Positions 61,786 through 64,000 of a stretch of DNA of 64,000 nucleotides are shown here, piece by piece. Position 1 is the first letter of the stretch, and each line of letters opens with the position of its first letter. The notes below the pieces were generated by a model. That model was not told the origin of the DNA and did no database searches. It saw only the letters and a list, made by a program, of their open reading frames with translations. Made by a program: the position numbers and the translations under genes. Origin of the DNA: a virus (Duplodnaviria; Caudoviricetes); the IMG/VR virus record IMGVR_UViG_3300027986_000008, positions 38,277-102,276 of that record; one strand, 5' to 3'.

Positions 61786-61968
61786 TCATAGTCCCTGCTT
61801 CTCCTTCTGCGAGGTCTGCTCGTAGTACTCGCGCTTTTCCTTCATCACGGTCGGCTTCTTGCCGTTCGCGAAGTCCTCGAAGACCTTCTCGCATCCATGG
61901 CCAGAGAAGCCGTTTAAATCTAGCGATACCGAGCCGTCGTCAGAAATCAAAACCGTAATTGTCTTCAT
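61786..61968 (-). CDS. DUF2997-like protein
   Basis: I..DGSV.L...GF.G..C...K.EYY. Confidence 0.75.
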   Translation of the reverse strand: MKTITVLISDDGSVSLDLNGFSGHGCEKVFEDFANGKKPTVMKEKREYYEQTSQKEKQGL

Positions 61969-62274
61969 GGGTTTTCCTTTTCCATTCTGCCCAGCGCCTA
62001 TATGCGGCTGCTGAGAGCAGGAGTCTTCTTCTTCGAAGACTCTAGGTGCTTAGAAAGCCTTTTAGATAATGGCTTCTCGGTTTCCTCGGTCGGACTGGAC
62101 GATTAGGACAATTCCTGAAGTGAGAGCGGATAGAGGATGCGCTTAAGGAAGCTCCGCATCCCCATCCGCAAATCATAGTAGGGCCGATAGGACGGCCCCC
62201 CCATCCTGGATGACCTTTCGGTGCTCCGGCCTTTCGTTTTGGTCTACGCATAATTAGATTCTATCAGAATCTAA

Positions 62275-62679
62275 TTAGCGGACCGTGAAACGAAGGCGGA
62301 CTTTGTTTCCTATGGTTTCTCTACCAGAAAAAACGTATCCTTTTTGCCGACCGATCCGAAGATGCTCCTGGACTCCGTACTCCTGCCGGAGCTTGCCGAG
62401 CCACGAGTCGTTGAACTTCGACGCGCGGTCATAGTCCGAGATGATCGCGGTGATCTTTCCGTCCGGCCCCTTGACGAAGCCGACGTCGTTGCTCGCTCCG
62501 ATACCGGTATGGTGCCGACGGATGATCACCGTCGCCTTCTCCGGCCTCGTCTCTCCGTGCCAGCCGTACATAGTGACCGGCTCGCTATGCGTCTCGATCT
62601 GGAAGCCCATCTCCTTGAGGGAGTCGGCCAGCAGTTTCTCGTCGCACATATTGGTATCAAACTCGCCATATTTAGAGAT
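62275..62679 (-). CDS. DUF1257/Ycf35-like protein (apparent ATC start)
   Basis: D...L...L.EMG, YG..G..R...A..IIRR, SNDVGF, LRQEY, KGY. Confidence 0.75.
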   Translation of the reverse strand: MSKYGEFDTNMCDEKLLADSLKEMGFQIETHSEPVTMYGWHGETRPEKATVIIRRHHTGIGASNDVGFVKGPDGKITAIISDYDRASKFNDSWLGKLRQEYGVQEHLRIGRQKGYVFSGRETIGNKVRLRFTVR

Positions 62680-62803
62680 TTTGTGCCTTCTTTCTTGCGG
62701 TCCATTCTTGGAGCCGCTCTTTGTTACAGGTTCGGCATCCGCGATGCGGACCGTTCTTATTAACTCGATTCCAGAAATCTTCGTCCGTTAGCTTTTTCCC
62801 CAT
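62672..62803 (-). pseudogene. internally deleted HNH endonuclease remnant
   Basis: MGKKLTDEDFWNRVNKNGP joined directly to HRGCRTC. Confidence 0.5.
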
Positions 62804-62815
62804 CGTTCTCCGTCG

Positions 62816-63001
62816 TTAGTACTCCTTTCCTGAATACTCGGCCACGAAGTCCCGGTCGATCTCTCCGCCGACGGCGAGAGCATCATCCAGTTGTATCTGC
62901 TTATCGAAGAGAGGCTGGCACGTGATGCAATAGCTCGCATCCGGAACCGCTTTCAATCTCTTTGCAGAGATCGGCTCTCCGCAGTTTGCGCAGTCTTTCA
63001 T
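62816..63001 (-). CDS. TraR/DksA C4 zinc-finger protein
   Basis: CANCGEPISAKRLKAVPDASYCITCQ. Confidence 0.85.
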   Translation of the reverse strand: MKDCANCGEPISAKRLKAVPDASYCITCQPLFDKQIQLDDALAVGGEIDRDFVAEYSGKEY

Positions 63002-63513
63002 CTCTCGACGTCCTCCTTGTCGAAGTACTGGCCCGTCGTTCCGGTCTTTCCAATGCCCTCTTCGACGTGACCGAGAGCCGGTATCCGGATAACGTATCGT
63101 GCGGTTTCCGGAAGGAGAGTCGTTACGACTCCATCGAACTCCTCCTCCGGCTGCCGGAACTTGCGGCGAGTCGTCACGCGGACCGTAGCTCCGACCGGTA
63201 GAGAGAGGACGATCTTCTCTTCGGCCACCCACTGCTGAACGAGTTCGTCATGAGATTTATTCCGGAAGTAACCGGCCTCGTCCATGATCTCGACGAGTTC
63301 GGAGTCCGGGTCCCAATGGCAATCCCGCTTGAGGTTATAGCAGAGCGTAAATCCGTCATCATCTCCATGACGTAACGCATCGCGGAGGTCCTTACGAACG
63401 TCCTCTTCGTCGGCCCCTGAGTTCTGCCGGAGGTATTCGAGGACCTTCGGAAGGAGCTTCTCGGCCACCATCTCCGGAATCCGCTTGTCGTGATACTTCG
63501 GTCTTTCGGTCAT
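62998..63513 (-). CDS. hypothetical phage protein
   Basis: GGAGG RBS, ATG 63513, ATGA coupling. Confidence 0.65.
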   Translation of the reverse strand: MTERPKYHDKRIPEMVAEKLLPKVLEYLRQNSGADEEDVRKDLRDALRHGDDDGFTLCYNLKRDCHWDPDSELVEIMDEAGYFRNKSHDELVQQWVAEEKIVLSLPVGATVRVTTRRKFRQPEEEFDGVVTTLLPETARYVIRIPALGHVEEGIGKTGTTGQYFDKEDVER

Positions 63514-63553
63514 ACGTTCGTTACCTCCTCTCGGCTCCACTCTTCGTCCATGA

Positions 63554-64000
63554 TTAGCCGACGGCCTGCCGGACTTGCAGCACTGCCGCGATATGCTTCA
63601 GGTGTAGTCCGTACTCCGCGATCTGATCCGGCGTATAGCCCGCCATCTTGCCGATTCCGGCATAATGGTCCATCCAATAGGAAAGCCGGTGTCGCTGACA
63701 CCCGACCATCACATCGTCATCAATCGCGTTGATTTCGTGGCGCGACCCTTGGATGCGGCAGATGTATTGCTTGGCACCGCTCAGGACGGCACCGCTCAGG
63801 ACGGCACCGCTCAGGACGGCACCGCTCAGGTCGGCATCGCGCAGGTCGGCACCGCGCAGGTCGGCACGGCGCAGGTCGGCACCGCTCAGGACGGCACCGC
63901 TCAGGTCGGCACCGCTCAGGTCGGCACCGCGCAGGACGGCATCGCGCAGGACGGCACCGCTCAGGACGGCACCGCTCAGGTCGGCACCGCTCAGGTCGGC
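63554..64000 (-). CDS. pentapeptide-repeat protein (5' end outside window)
   Basis: 15-bp repeats at 63773-64000 encode [15 protein letters not shown]; C-terminus ...VGCQRH....W...GYT..QIAEY*. Confidence 0.9.
   Translation of the reverse strand, partial: ADLSGADLSGAVLSGAVLRDAVLRGADLSGADLSGAVLSGADLRRADLRGADLRDADLSGAVLSGAVLSGAVLSGAKQYICRIQGSRHEINAIDDDVMVGCQRHRLSYWMDHYAGIGKMAGYTPDQIAEYGLHLKHIAAVLQVRQAVG

Noticed and set aside
63773-64000. 15-bp tandem repeats as a CRISPR array or iterons
   Set aside because: No unique spacers; they translate as pentapeptide repeats on the minus strand

Overview
The whole window is one tailed phage or prophage with a contractile (myovirus-type) tail. Its layout is: neck, tail and baseplate module (1-20.8 kb, + strand); fibre and membrane/lysis-like genes (20.8-30.7 kb); recombination, replication and DNA-modification genes (30.8-55 kb, +); then a convergent block of accessory genes (55-64 kb, -). 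No host genes, tRNAs, CRISPR arrays, integrase or capsid genes were seen. The DnaB sequence and signal-peptide style suggest an Acidobacteria host, but that is unverified recollection. The highlights are: (1) a CmoA-type carboxy-SAM synthase near a C5 cytosine DNA methyltransferase whose motif X reads GRAVPP instead of GNAVPP, predicting DNA cytosine carboxymethylation; (2) three fibre + partner gene pairs whose large Cys-paired proteins carry Sec-type signal peptides, so tail-module proteins seem to be exported; (3) a protein carrying the SufB/SufD C-terminal SufC-docking motif; (4) a -1 frameshifted tail chaperone and a split DUF2612 baseplate gene with a possible +1 site; (5) three structured RNA candidates; (6) many small indels, nonsense codons and deletion junctions, pointing to a decaying prophage or assembly errors. 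Family names come from motif recognition by eye, not database searches.
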